A stretch of DNA of 64,000 nt, taken from assembly GCF_963921235.1 (NCBI RefSeq), contig NC_086097.1, positions 24,120,001-24,184,000 of the forward strand. The letters run 5' to 3'. The notes under the pieces are model-generated. The model had not been told where the DNA came from. It searched no databases and saw only the letters and a list, made by a program, of their open reading frames with translations. Every line of letters begins with the position of its first letter. Within the stretch, counting starts at the first letter, position 1. This DNA comes from Mobula hypostoma. Lineage: Eukaryota. This document shows positions 50,966 to 63,714 of this stretch, piece after piece. Made by a program: the position numbers and the translations under genes.

Positions 50966-51129
50966 GAGTGTAACTGCACAGCACAGGGTTGTCGGGTCGG
51001 TTGCGTGTGTGAGAGAAGAGACAGAGAGAATGAGAGAGGCGTGTTTGTATGTACTGGAAAGAAGGAATAAGTGTGGTCATGGTGTGTGTGAGCGAACGAG
51101 AGGGAGAGAAAGAGATGTATGTCGGCAGA

Positions 51130-51762
51130 TCACTTCTGGCAGAGCACCTACACACCATCCACCAGTAAAATCACGATCTCCCGGTGGCCACTCATTTCAA
51201 CTCCACTTCTCATTCCCATTCTGAGGTGTCAGTCCATGGCTTCTTCTACTGCCAATGATGAGGCCACACTCAGGCTGGAGGAGCAACACCGTATATTCCG
51301 TATGGCAGTCTCCAACCTGATGGCATGAATATTGATTTCTCAAACTTCTGGTAATTGTCCCCACTTCTCCTTCCCCATTCCCCATTCCCATTTCCCTCTC
51401 TCACCTTAACTGTCCACCACCTCCCTCTGGTACTCCTCCCTTTCTTCCATAGTCTTCTACTCTCTCCTATCAGTTTCCCCCTTTTCCTTCACTTTACCTC
51501 TTTTAGTAATCGACTTCCCAGCTCTTTATTTCACTCCTCATCCTCTCCTGGTTTCACCTGTCACCTACTACCTTGTACTTCTTCCTCTCCTCGCCCACCT
51601 TCTTATTCTGACTTCTCATCTCTTTCTTTCAGTCCTGATGAAGGTCTCAGCCTGAAACATTGTCTGTTTACTCTTTTCCATAGATGCTGCCCGGCCAGCT
51701 GCATTCCTCCAGTGTTTTGTGTGTATTACTTTGATTTCAAGCATCTGGAGTTTCTCTTGTTT
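51130..51762 (+). mobile_element. Penelope-like element 3' end: GIY-YIG C-terminus, pyrimidine-rich UTR, hammerhead motif (51630-51666)
   Basis: Across frameshifts AEHL..I...DLPVATHFNSTSHSHS..SVHG...DEATLRLEEQH.IFR...LQPDGMNIDFSNF, then cagtcCTGATGAaggtctcagcctGAAAcattgtctg. Confidence 0.86.
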
Positions 51763-52554
51763 GTGAGGAGAGGCATGTGTTTGTATCTATGTACAAGAGA
51801 GGATCAATGGGTGTCCATGAAAGAGTATGGGTATTTGTGTTGACCGTGTGAAGATGCGAGGCAGTTTGTGTGTGTGAGAAAGAGAGAGGTGGTGTGTATG
51901 TGTATGTGTTTGAATGAAGTGTGTGAGTTTCTATAAACTGCAGAATGATTGTGTTCATGTATGTATGAATGTATGTGTTTTTGTGAAACATGAAAGAGTG
52001 GGATGTGTGAGTGTGAGATAGGTACTCATTTATATTCAACACCGCTTTGGCAGCAATTTCAAACTAAAGCCTCACCTTTATACAATGCCTTAGCCCTCAT
52101 TAAAACATTGCAAAGTACTTAGCATAATAATTTGATGCTTTTGGAATATATGTGTTTTATTGTGGGAGTAAGATTACTGAAATGTGTTAGAAGATTCCAT
52201 TGTTCAGAAGAGAAATCCACAAGCAGGAAAAAATAGCTCTAGTGTAATTTGGAGGTATCCATTCAGAATATAATTCCATGGGGTTTGTTTGTTCCGTGGA
52301 TGTTTGTGAAGAGGACAAATTTCTGCTTGTATTCTGCCTACATACTATGATGTTAAATGTACCTTTGGACCTTTAGCATCTGTTATATATGCTACCTATT
52401 GAAGGGGTCATTGTATGGAGTATTTAAGCACTGAGTGAACTATTGCCAAAATTGTACTTCACCCACCACAAGACAGGGAAGAATGATTCTTGAATTCTCA
52501 CCCTACAAGAGTTACCTGTCATAGACGGCACAAAACTTTTCATTATATCATAGT

Positions 52555-53045
52555 CACAGAGACATAGAACAGCCAGCACAGATACAGACCCTTCCTCCCA
52601 ATGAGTCTATTCCAACCATGATGCCCACCCTGCTAGTCCTAATTTCCTGTGTTTGGTCCATATCTCTCTAAGCTCTGCCCTTCCGTGTACCTATCTAAGT
52701 GCATCTTAAATTGCAATTCTATCCGCCTCAACCACTTCCACTGGAATCTCTCTTCCATATACTTGTAAAAAAGGTGACCCTCTGGTCCCTTTTAAATTTT
52801 TCCCATCTCACCCGAAATCTCTGCTCCTTCCCCCAATTTGTTTCCAACTCCCCTACCCTGGGAAAAATTTTGCTACCGTCAATTTGGGTATTGCCTTTCA
52901 TAATTTTGTGAGTCCCAATGAAGGGTCTTGGCCCCAAAAGTTGAATGTTTATTCTTTTCCTTAGATACTGCTGACCTGTTGAGTTCTTCCAGCATTTTGT
53001 ATGTGTACCTCTGGACTTCCAGCATCTGCAGAATCCTATGTGTTT
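52555..53045. mobile_element. CR1 3' fragment (minus, to ~52905) followed by a Penelope terminal repeat (+)
   Basis: ORF 52728..52937 KIMKG..IFPRVGE; aatgaagggtcttggccccaaaag. Confidence 0.72.
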
Positions 53046-53469
53046 ATAATTTTATGATGAGCTGTGAATTGAACTGAAGATCCTTATGAAGCAGCTGGAG
53101 ATGTAGCCCATTACACTGCCCCGAGGAACTCCTGTAGCCAGACAAGTCTTGAGGAAGCAAGACATAGGAGGAAGTAAATGTTAGAATTTGGAGTAACAAA
53201 GAGTCTGCTGGAGAAACTCAGCATCTGTGGTAGGAAAGGAATTGTGCCTGCATCAAAGCCCTGTGTCGGGACTGAGGGTGGTCATATAAGGTGGAGAGAG
53301 GGAATGGTGAGACAGGGGCCAGAGGTGATTGGCAGATTTGAGGGTTAGGGGTGGGAGAGTGTTTGATGACAGGCAGCTTCAGCCAAGTGGGGGCTGGTGG
53401 GGAGGTGGTGTAGAGTTGGGAGAAAAAGACAAGTAGGTGGGCTCAAAGAGAAAAGTGGAGGAAAATATA

Positions 53470-53970
53470 AAAAGATTATGCAGATGCTGAAAATCCAGAG
53501 CAATGCACACATATACAGGAGGAACTCAGCAGGCCAGGCAGCATCTATGGAGAAAGGTCTCACCTCAAAGCTGTCCATGTTTTGGGGTGGGGCACTTCAT
53601 CAGGACTGGAAAGGAAGTGAGCAGAAGCCAGAATAAGAAGTTGGGGGGAGGTGGGTGGTGGGAGGAGAAGTACAAACTGGCAGGTGATAGGTAAAACCAA
53701 GTGAGGGGGAAAGTTGATGGGTGGGAGAAATGAGGGTGAAGTATGAAGCTGGGAAATGATAGGTGGGAAAGGTAAAGGAATGAAGGAGAAGGAATCTGAT
53801 AGGAGAGGAGAGTGGACCATGGGGTAAAAGGAAAGGAAGAGGCAAACCAGAGGGAGGTGATGGGCAAGTAGAGAAGAGGTGAGAGGGGAGCCAGAATGGA
53901 GAATGGGAAAAGAGAGAAGGGTGAGAGTGGAGAAATCGATGTTCATGCCATCAGGTTGGACTTCCCAGAT
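53470..53970 (-). mobile_element. Penelope-like 3' end
   Basis: QPDGMNIDFS in ORF 53560..54105, pyrimidine-rich UTR, SSPDE hammerhead region at ~53575-53610. Confidence 0.82.
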
Positions 53971-54454
53971 GGAATTATCCTTCTCACATCCTTCTGAGGT
54001 CAGAGATGATATTTGCACCTTTAGCTGGGATGCTGGAAGTGTGAATGTGTAATGTTTCACTCCATTTGCGACCTGATTTGATTTCCTTGGTTTATTTGTT
54101 CGCATTGTGTTTCACAGGCTGTCACCGACAAGGCCAGTAGTTATTGCTAATTGTCCCAAATTGGCCTTGAAGCACATGACTTTCTGTGCCATTACATAAA
54201 GCAGGTGAGATGAGAATTTCAGTTGGTCAGGAGTAATATATCAGTTGAAACAGATAATAACATTGGATTGACTTCCTAAAAGATATGAATGAACTAAATG
54301 AGTTCTTTATATAATCCAATATTTCCACAGACATTATTGACACTGATTATAATTGTAGATTACTTTTAATAAATCTTTTCAAACTCCCCTATTCCCATGG
54401 TGGGATTTGAACGTACATTTTCAGATCATTTGTCCAGGCTTCTGGACTATTCCA

Positions 54455-54788
54455 TAAGACCAGAAGACACAGGAACAGAATTAGGCTATTCAGCCCATTG
54501 AGTCTCCTCCACCTTTCCACTATGGCTGATTTATTAACCCCCTCAATCCCATTCTCCTGCCTTCTCCCCATAACTTCTGACACCCTTACTAATCCAGAAC
54601 CAACCAACCTCTGGTTTCAATCTACCCAATGACCCGGCTTCCACAGCCATCAGAATGAATTCCGCAGATTTGCCACCCTCTTGCTGAAGCTATTCCTTAT
54701 TTCTGTTCTGAAGACACATGCTTGCGTTCTGAGGCTGTGCCCTCGGAGCCTAAACACCCCCACGAGAGGAAACATCTTCTCCACATCT
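54455..54788 (-). mobile_element. CR1 3' end
   Basis: Reverse CR1 UTR (aattaggctattcagcccattgagtct...). Confidence 0.78.
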
Positions 54789-55019
54789 CATGGTGGGATA
54801 AGAATATACAGTTCCTGATCATTCGTCCAGGCCTCTGAACTATTCCTACAGTAAGCTAGCTGCTGTACTACTGAACCTATCTGCACATGTCTTCTTACAG
54901 TTCTTCCTTGCAACATTAGTTGTGTTTATGGTATTTTTCTGGTGAATTGGGGCCTGTACAATAAACATGGGGCCTAAGAGCTGTCAGTGGATTGAGGATC
55001 TGTGTCAAGAGAATAAATA

Positions 55020-55750
55020 AAATGGCAGAATATAGTACTAATGGTAAGACTCTTGATGGTGTGGAGGATCATAAGGATCTTGGGGTCCGAGTCCATAGGA
55101 CACTCAAAGTTGCTGCGCAGGTTGACTGTGTGATTAAGAAGGCATACGGTGTATTGGCCTTCATCAATCGTGGGATTGAGTTTAAGAGCAGAAAGGTAAT
55201 GTTGCAGCTATATAGGACCCTGGTCAGACCCCACTTGGAGTACTGTGCTCTATTCTGGTTGCCTCAGTATCGGAAGAATGTGGAAACCATAGAAAGCGTG
55301 CAGAGGACATTTACAAGGATGTTGCCTGGATTGGGGAGCATGCCTTATGAGAACCGGTTGAATGAACTCAGATGAGAGGTGACTTGATAGAGGTGTATAA
55401 GATAGTGAGAGGCATTGATCATGTGGATTGTCAGAGGCTTTTCCCCAGGGCTGAAATGGCTAGCGCGAGAGGGCATAGTTTTAGGGTGCTTGGAAGTAGG
55501 TACAGAGGAGATGTCAGGGGTAAGTTTTTTATGCAGAGAGTGGTGAGTGTGTGGAATGGGCTGCTGGCGGCAGTGGTGGAGGCGGAAACAATAGGGTCTT
55601 TTAAGAGACTCCTGTTTGGCTACATAGAGCCTAGAAACATAGAGGGCTATGGGTAACGCCAAGGTAGTTCTAGGGTAGGGACATGTTTGGCACAGCTTTG
55701 TGGGCCAAAGGGCCTGTATTGTGCTGTATGTTTTCTATATTTCTTTGTTT
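55020..55750 (+). mobile_element. CR1 3' fragment
   Basis: ORFs 54992..55375 (KDLGVRV..LYRTLVRPHLEYC..FW) and 55372..55656 (RGDLIEVYKI..RGH). Confidence 0.92.
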
Positions 55751-56708
55751 CTAATAATTGCACTGTATTAATTGAGTGCTTTTGCAGTCTGTGATTATCT
55801 AAAATCTCACTGTAGTCAATGGTCAGTCTCATTTGTGTTGTCTGTGCTGGTCAATTGCCGACGGATATCCATTCTGCAAGTCAACACAGAGCATGGTCAT
55901 TTGTCATGCTCGTGATCAGCATGGACGAGATGGCCTGAAGAGCCCCTTTCCACTCTGTGATTCCATGGGTCAATGCCCGAGCAGCAGTCAATGCTTCAGA
56001 GAAAGGAAGGGAGAGGGCAAGAGGATGTTAAATTTAATGGGAATCTAAAAGCAAAAAGCTGTAACTGTTGGGAATGAGTGGCCAGGTGTCCAGGAGTGAG
56101 ATTGTGGTCCATCAACCTGAAACATCTGCCTGTGTTTCTCTCACAGGTGCTTTCTGATCAGCTGTCTATTTCCAGCGTCTTTTGTTATTATTTTACGTAA
56201 GTTTCTTACAAAAATTTTGCCACTGAGTGACTCAACACCAAGGAATTCCTTTTGGACACACTAAGCCCATCCCTTCAGTGAGAGATCAGTCACATAGATT
56301 CTCTGAATACTTTCTCCCTCCAAGAGCTCCTTTGAGCCACTATTCAGCTGCGTCCGCACCACACTTCACGCTTCTATTTAACGTGAAAAGAAGAAATGTA
56401 ATCCACCACTTCCCCATCAAAATCTGTTTCATCTCTTGGATAGAAGCAAAAGGTTCCACACATACTGGAAATCTGGAGGAAAGCAGATACTCAGCAAGTC
56501 AGGCAGCATCTGTGGAGGGAATTAAACAGTCAATGATTTTGGCTGAGGCCCTTCATTAGGACCTTGATGTTGGTACACCTCAGCCTCAGCCCCTGTTCTA
56601 CTCATATTGTTGTGTCCTTAGCTCCTACTCTGCTCTCCATACACTCATGACTGCATGGCCAGGATCTGCTCGGATGGCCTCTTGACCTCACAATCTACCA
56701 TGTTATGA

Positions 56709-57465
56709 CAGACATCCCATACTGCAAAAACTCATTTCAGGGAGGTAGCACCATCAATTTGCGGGAGACTCCCGGAACTTCCGGGAGAGGTGGGATGTCT
56801 GCAACAGAGTAGCTCCTTAGCAGCTAGCTAGCTAGTTTAAATAACGTTAGCTATGCTAAGGAATGAATGACACCTGTTAAACTCACCTCAACATGTCTTT
56901 TCCAGTCTTAACCCACCACGGGCAATAGAAAAGTCACTGTTGCAAACAGTGCAACGAGCAACACTGTCATTATTTTTGACCCCTATTAGGCAGGGGTACA
57001 CTTTAGTGTAGTCTGGGGTGACGTACGTTTTGTATTTTCTTTTTTTGGAGCACTCTGCCACTCTGACTTTTTTTGGAACTCTCTCACTCTTGCTCTTGCT
57101 CTCGCTCTCTCGCTGGTGGTTGCTCTCTCTCGCGGTTGCTTTCTGGCGCGCGCTCTCTTTCTTGTGGCCACTCTGACTCGCGCTCGCTCGCTCTCGCTCT
57201 TGCTTTCTCGCTCTTGCTCTCGCTCGCTCTCTCTCTCGCGATTGCTTTCTCACTCTCGCTCTCTCACGTGCACGCTCTCACGCTCTCGTAGTCGCTCTCA
57301 CTCGCGCTTGTTTTCTTGTTCTTGCGCTCGCTCTCTTGCTCTCTCTCGCGCGCTCTCTCTCAAAAAAATTGATTTCCGTGATATTGTATATAATTTGCTG
57401 GCATCAGGGAGCCACTATTAATATGCGGGAGACTCCCGGAACTTCCGGGAGAGGTGAGATGTCTG
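56709..57465 (-). mobile_element. Non-autonomous hAT-like DNA transposon retaining an N-terminal zinc-finger remnant
   Basis: TIRs cagacatccca / tgagatgtctg; internal direct copy of the right-end ~45 bp at ~56757-56800; minus strand KKRKYKT...YPC...ARCTVCNSDFSIA.GG..(fs)..KRHVE; inserted into a Rex1-type 3' UTR. Confidence 0.75.
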
Positions 57466-57516
57466 TTAGGATCTTGCACTGCGCTTTCACTGTAGCTTTT
57501 ACACTTTATTCTGTAC

Positions 57517-57655
57517 AAGTCCTGAAGAAGTGTCTCAGCTTGAAACGTTGGCTGTTTGTTCATTTCCATGGATGCTGCCTGACTGGTTGAGTTCCTCCAA
57601 CACTTTGCGTGTGTGCTGCTTTGGATTTCCAGCATCTGAAAGATCTCTTGTGTTT
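57517..57655 (+). mobile_element. Penelope terminal repeat with hammerhead boxes retained (CUGAAGA...GAAACGUU) but weak stem II
   Basis: agtcctgaagaagtgtctcagcttgaaacgttggct. Confidence 0.72.
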
Positions 57656-58092
57656 TTATTCTGTATTGTTATTTTAACTTGTTCTACCTCAGTGTGCTGG
57701 GTAATGATTTGAACTTTGAACAGTATGCAAGACAAATTTTTCACTGTATCCTGATATATGTGACAATAATAAACCAATACCAATTTAAATAATGTAAATT
57801 GATTAAACAATTAATAATAACCAAAATAAATTGAAAAAAGACACGTACCTTCTCTTTCTTGTTAATGAAGGATGCAGCTCCCATTACAGTAAATGGTTCT
57901 ACACTAAAAGCAGTAGACATGTCTGTTATTTAGCTGAGGAGCCAGATGTAAAGTGCATCTGACTCTGAAAGTCAAAGAAGGCGCCTAGAGTGGGGTTAGG
58001 GGTGAAACACATTGCACATTGGTTGAAATCTTCGTTTATTTAGAGCATTTCAAAAATTCGATTGTATTTCTTTATTCCTTTGTAACAGTGTT

Positions 58093-58320
58093 GGGCACGT
58101 GGCCAAGTGGTTAAGGTGTTTGTCTAGTGATCTGAAGGTCGCTAGTTTGAGCCTCAGCTGTGGCAGCATGTTTGTGTCCTTGAGCAAGGCACTTAACCAC
58201 ACATTGCTCTAGTGTCTGTGCAAGGAGTGGCGCCCCACACAGACTTCCAACTTGCGACTTGTAAGGCATGAAAATGCCCGACACAGGCCTCTCATGGTCT
58301 GAGTCGGCGTTCCGTCCCCC
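58093..58320 (+). mobile_element. tRNA-derived SINE with the same head as 31273 and a different tail
   Basis: gggcacgtggccaagtggttaagg...agtttgagcc...gtgtccttgagcaaggcacttaac. Confidence 0.78.
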
Positions 58321-60599
58321 TCCCTCCTTTGTAACTGCTTGCAAGAGAATAAATCTCAGTGTAGTATATGTACTTCGACAATAAATGTATTTTGACTTTG
58401 AACATTCCCAGTTCTGACCTGTTGCTTATTTGGGACATATGCATTCCAGCGCATAGTTGCTGCAGCCCAGCATGCACTGACTCCTGCACCACTGTAATGC
58501 ATTTTGGATGTGGCTGTGTCTTAAGTTCACCTTTTTAATTGCAGTCTTTCTCTCTGGAGGCAGGTGCAGAGTCAAATGCATGAGAGCAGAGGAGAGAAAG
58601 AAAATAAAACTTTACTGGAATCATATGATGCAAAGCACTGGACTTACTTGGAATATTGCTTGCTGTTAATTTGGACTAACCCACCCCCGATAGGCCAGCA
58701 GTATAACTGAGGCACAAAAGAGTGCAGACGCTGAAATCTGGAGTGGCAAGCAATTTGCTCGAGGAACCCAGTGCACCAAGCAGCATTCTGTGGGTGGCTG
58801 GGTGGGGGAGGGCGGGCGAAAAAGGAATTGTCAGAATTTTGGTTGATATCCTCCTTCAACACGCAGCAGTACTTCGATAATTCCATCACCTCCACCCAAT
58901 CAGATGCTGCTTGACCCTCTGAATTCCTCCACCAGTAGTAGACCACATTCAGCATACATCCAACGCTCTCTGATTTGGGATTTGTCAATGGTGAATATCA
59001 GAATCAATTCTTCATCATAACCGTCCTCTCTTCCAGTCTCACTAATCTCCCAGGCTGTTTCCGTCCCTCTTCAGCAATTTAGAGCTCTTTCATAGGGCCG
59101 GTTCTCATTGATGCATGTGAGGAATTGTGGACAGTACTGTGAGTAGGAGATTGGACAGTGGTCTTCATGATTTACATATTTATGCACATTTTACTTCATA
59201 TCAGTACTTTAACCTCTATGTTATATAATTCTTTATTCTTTAGAATTGTTGAAAGTTGTTTTTGTTGCATGTCTCACCAACACACCACTGCAAATTCCTA
59301 ATACATATAAATGCATACAACAAACAAAGTTCACCCTTCATCTTTGATCGTTGATGAAGTCAAAGTTACATTTTAGGCTCCAATCAAAGTCCAAGGAAAA
59401 ACCACTTTAGGGTTTTAAAAGGTCTAATTTTTTTCAGTACTTCAGCTTAGTTGATGTCAAAGCCTCAGGGAATGAGAAAACGAGGCTGCTTGACTTACAA
59501 TAGTCACCCTTTGAGGGATTCTAGAATCTTCACTTTGCAGTTGGCTATGGGACGATGAAGTATTGTGATCAATGTTTCCAGCAACCAGTGAGAGGCATGA
59601 CGGGGGGAGGGGAGAGGTTTAGCAGTTGGTATCCAAGAAAGCACCCGATCCAAGTAGTAACTACCATACAGAGGGCTTGTTCACCGATCTTCACGAAACA
59701 CCAATGCTCCGTGTCACCATATACTACCCTGTGATCTATTTTCTTGCAGACATTCACAGTACAACAAAGAAATACGACAGAGTCAGTGACAAACTACACA
59801 CAAATAAACACTGACAAACAACTGATGTTAAAAAGAAGACAAAATGCGCAAATACAAAAAATATATAATATTAGTAACTAAGTAATCCTGAGAACAGGAG
59901 TTACAGAATCCTTGAAAGTGAATCCATAGGTGGTGGAATCTGAGTGAAGCTATCTACACTGTTTCAGGAGCCTGATGGTTGAAGAGTAGTAACTATTCGA
60001 AACCTGGTGGTGTCCGACCTAAGGCTCCTGTACCTGCTTTATTCAGCTGAGTAAATGCTATGCTTGATTCTGAAAGATATTGTGATTGAATTGTCTCCTG
60101 GAGTTATATCAGTTTCATTCATTAAGATAACTCAAATATTATTGTGTTTAAGTTATTATTAAGAGTGTGAGCTTTCATTCTCTGTGTGGCCCTAAGCAAC
60201 AATGTTCCATCTGAATGAGCAGGTGGAAGCAAATTGAGATTAGTAATGGTAATAATCATTACGCCATTTGGCAATCAGACTCGGAGACAGAACTATCCCA
60301 TCAAATCATTCTCGGCAACTGGACTGTGAGAGTAGTATGTGGTAACTTTCGGAATAACAACAGGAAGTGAACAGTGCTTTGAAAATTTGCAGGCTTTTAG
60401 TATCCATATCTCTGACAGGTAATGAAATGTGCTACTGTTGAAAATTCAGTAAATGTTTTTTTTCCCTTAATATGTTCTATGTCAGTGTTGATTCAAGAAA
60501 GTGGGGCAGATTTGCTTATCTTTTGTCCCGTTAGGTGCTATTGTTCCAAGGTATGTTCACCAAAGCTCTATAGGTGAATGAGATCTCAAGAATGAAACT

Positions 60600-61350
60600 A
60601 ATAGAGGGCACAGCCTCAGAGCAGATGGAACTCCCGTTAGAACAGAGATGAGGAAGAATTTTTTTAGCCAGAGAGTGGTGAATTTGTGGAATTCATTGCC
60701 AAGTCATTGAGTATATTTAAAGTGATGGTTGATGGGTTCTTAATTAGTAAGGCATCAAAGGCTATGGGAAGAATGCAGGTATATGGGTTTGAGAGGGATA
60801 ATAAATCAGCCATCATGGAATGGTGGAGTAGAATCGATGGGCTGAATGGCCTAATTCTTCCCCTATGTTTCATGGTTTTACAGAGATATATATCAGATAA
60901 TGAGAATTATTGCTTTCCAATCAGAGAATAAGGATATTCTTATCACCTGGATTTTTCACTAATCTTTTTTCCTCTCCTGCAATGTGTGTTTGAATGCACA
61001 CAATGACTTATACAAGTGTGTGTCTTTGTATTTGTATGTTTCTCTGTCTTTGCTCATGTCTTTGTAATTACAGATGTAGATATGTAGTTCTACCTTTAAG
61101 GTGTGAGGGGATAAGTTCAAAGATGATGTGTGGGGCAAATTTTTATACAACGAGAGTGGAGGGTGCCTGGAATGGTGGTGGAGGCGACTCTCAGCGAGAC
61201 GTTGAAGAGTTTCTTCTGTAGGCACATGAATGCGCAAGGAATGAAGGGAATTGTGCATTGTGTAAGCAGAAGGTACTGGTTTAGTTATGAGCTTAATTAG
61301 CTTGGCGTAGCATCAAAGGCCAAAGGGTCTGTTCCTGTGCTTACTGTTCT
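60600..61350 (+). mobile_element. Two CR1 3' ends (60600-60880 and 61095-61350)
   Basis: RGHSLR...RTEMRKNFFSQRVVNLWN; CR1 UTRs. Confidence 0.78.
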
Positions 61351-61669
61351 ATACGTGAGTGCGTGCTCTGTTTGCAAGCACACGTCCTTATGGCCACCTG
61401 TAAGCGTGTTTGCGTCTGTGTAAATTCTGGTGAGAGTGTGATGCGACTGAAGAGGATGTAATGATAGGCAGCATTCTATTTCTCTGCGAGGCTTCCCTGT
61501 TAACAAGGATGGTAGATGGAAGTGGGTCAATGGTTTGAAATGTAGAAAGAAAAACCATCACTCTACAAAGAATGTTAAGGAGCCTATTGGCACATTCCCA
61601 GGGCTTGCGGAAAAGGTGTATGCTGGTTCAGGAGTGATTTTTAGCAGAAGTAATCTTCACACATTTTTA

Positions 61670-62073
61670 TTTATGGAGATACAATCTGGAATAGGTTCTT
61701 CTGACCATTTGAGTCACTGCCGCCCGGCAATTTCCTGACTTAATCATGGACTAATCACAGGGAAATTTGCAATAAACCAATCAACCTACCAACTGGTACG
61801 TCTTTGGACTGTGGAGGAAACAGGAATCCCAAATGGTCATGGGGAGGACATACAAACTCTTTACAGTCTCTTTTCTCTCCCATCCTGCTTCATCTGCTTT
61901 TCCCCTTTTTCCTCTCTATCTCTCCTTGTTGGCCTTTATCTACCATTCATCTGCCACTGTCTCCCAACTCCAGCCCCAAAACTCTTGCCCTACCCAGCAA
62001 TTCCTGCCTGTCACCTCACACCCCTCCTCAGTCCACCAATCCCCTTGGAATCCTTTCCTGCTACTCCCCTTCT

Positions 62074-62105
<32 letters not shown>

Positions 62106-62810
62106 CCTCTCCCTCTCCCTCTCCCTCTCTGTTGGCCATCTCCCCTCTCCACTGTCATTCCCGATGCAGAGTCACGACCCAAAACATTGACAGTTCCTTG
62201 CCTCTCACAGATGCCGCTTGCCCCGCTGAGTTCCTCCAGCAGATCAGCTTGAAGGGCCTAGATAGAATGGATGCGGAGAGAATGTTTCCATTAGTCAGAG
62301 AGTCTAGGACCAAAGGGCACAGACTGAGAATGGAGGAATGTCCATTAAGAACACAGATGAGGAGGAATTTATTTAGCCAGAGGGCGGTGAGCATATGGAA
62401 TTCATTACCACAAACAGCTGTGGCGGTCGAGTCATTGGGTATATTTAAAGTGGCGGTTGATAGGTTCTTGATTCATATGGGGGGGTCAAAGGTTATGGGA
62501 AAAGTCAGGAGAATGAACAAATATTTGTTTATTTTATTTGTTATTTGCACAGTTTGTTTTCTTTTGCACACTGGTGGACAGTCTTGTGTAGTTTTCTAAT
62601 GATTCTATTGTATTTCTCTGTCATACTGTGAATGCCTGCAAGAAGATGAATCACAAGGTGGCACATATATGTGCCTTGATAATAAATTTACTTAAAACTT
62701 TGAAATTTAAATGAGATTGAGAAGGAAAATAAATCAGCCACGATCAAATGGCAGTGCAGACTTAATGGGCCCAATGGCCTAATTCTGCTCCTATGTCTTA
62801 TGGTCTTAAT
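61670..62810. mobile_element. Mosaic of V-SINE (minus), Penelope 3' repeat (+, 61880-62245), CR1 (+, 62250-62810) and an inserted Rex-type tail
   Basis: Each segment matches other copies in the window; explains the chimeric 262-aa ORF 61811..62599. Confidence 0.72.
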
Positions 62811-63653
62811 CTTCACCAATGTTCAGACTGCAACCAACAAGACAATGAACCCTTCCTCCAGTCAAAAAATGAAATCCTTTTATTCTGATGCAGAGGGAGG
62901 AAAAGTGTAGAGGAAATGAAACCTACAATTTACCTGATGGTATAAGTGCTTACTTAATGCATGGAGACACCCCTTGGATTTCTCTTGCAGTTGGGTCTGC
63001 AGAACCATCATTACTCAGTAATGGCATTATGATGTCTTGAGGTTCCAGCTTTTTGAGCACTGATGGGTGAAATTTCTGCTTTGCTGACATTATGGGATTT
63101 GTCTATAGCTTCAACTGCCGTTTCCTCCAAACAACACAATAAAGCCCTTCATTAGGTTTGTAATTTTGCTTGCTCTGAGCCAGTTAAAAGTAATGTTATC
63201 ATTATGATCGCAGGCATATTCTGAACTGATTTTACAATTTCTTGATTGTCATTGCTGCTCCGTCCCTGTTAGGCTCACTTTGCAGAGGTGAGATGAGGTA
63301 CCTTTGTGCCCTGAGTTCTTGTTTTATCAGCAATAGCACGGAAAATGTGTTGCTTAGTGGAATGGAATGTTTCTTGCGGATTGGTGCAAAGTAATTGTGA
63401 CTGAGAAAAAATGTGGGAATCAAGTGCAAAAATGTTTCAATTTAATGTAGTAATTGTTAATTTGCAAGCATAATGTGAGCTATGCTCAGAGGTTAAGGTT
63501 TACAAATACGCCTGATACCTTCTTTATCATATATTGCCAATGTCCATCCCTATTGCTAGTTAAAAATAAGCTTATGCATTAACTCAATAGGTCAGGCAGC
63601 AGCTATGGAGGCAAAAGGATGCTTGAGATTGAGAGTTGAGACCCTGCATCAGG

Positions 63654-63685
<32 letters not shown>

Positions 63686-63714
63686 AGATTGTAAGTCTGC
63701 GTGTGTGTGTACTC

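Noticed and set aside
56224..56234. AP-1 site TGACTCA as an enhancer
   Set aside because: A single 7-mer is expected several times by chance in 64 kb
61811..62599. Longest ORF (262 aa) as a host gene
   Set aside because: Chance read-through across V-SINE, Penelope UTR, a (CT)n tract and CR1 sequence
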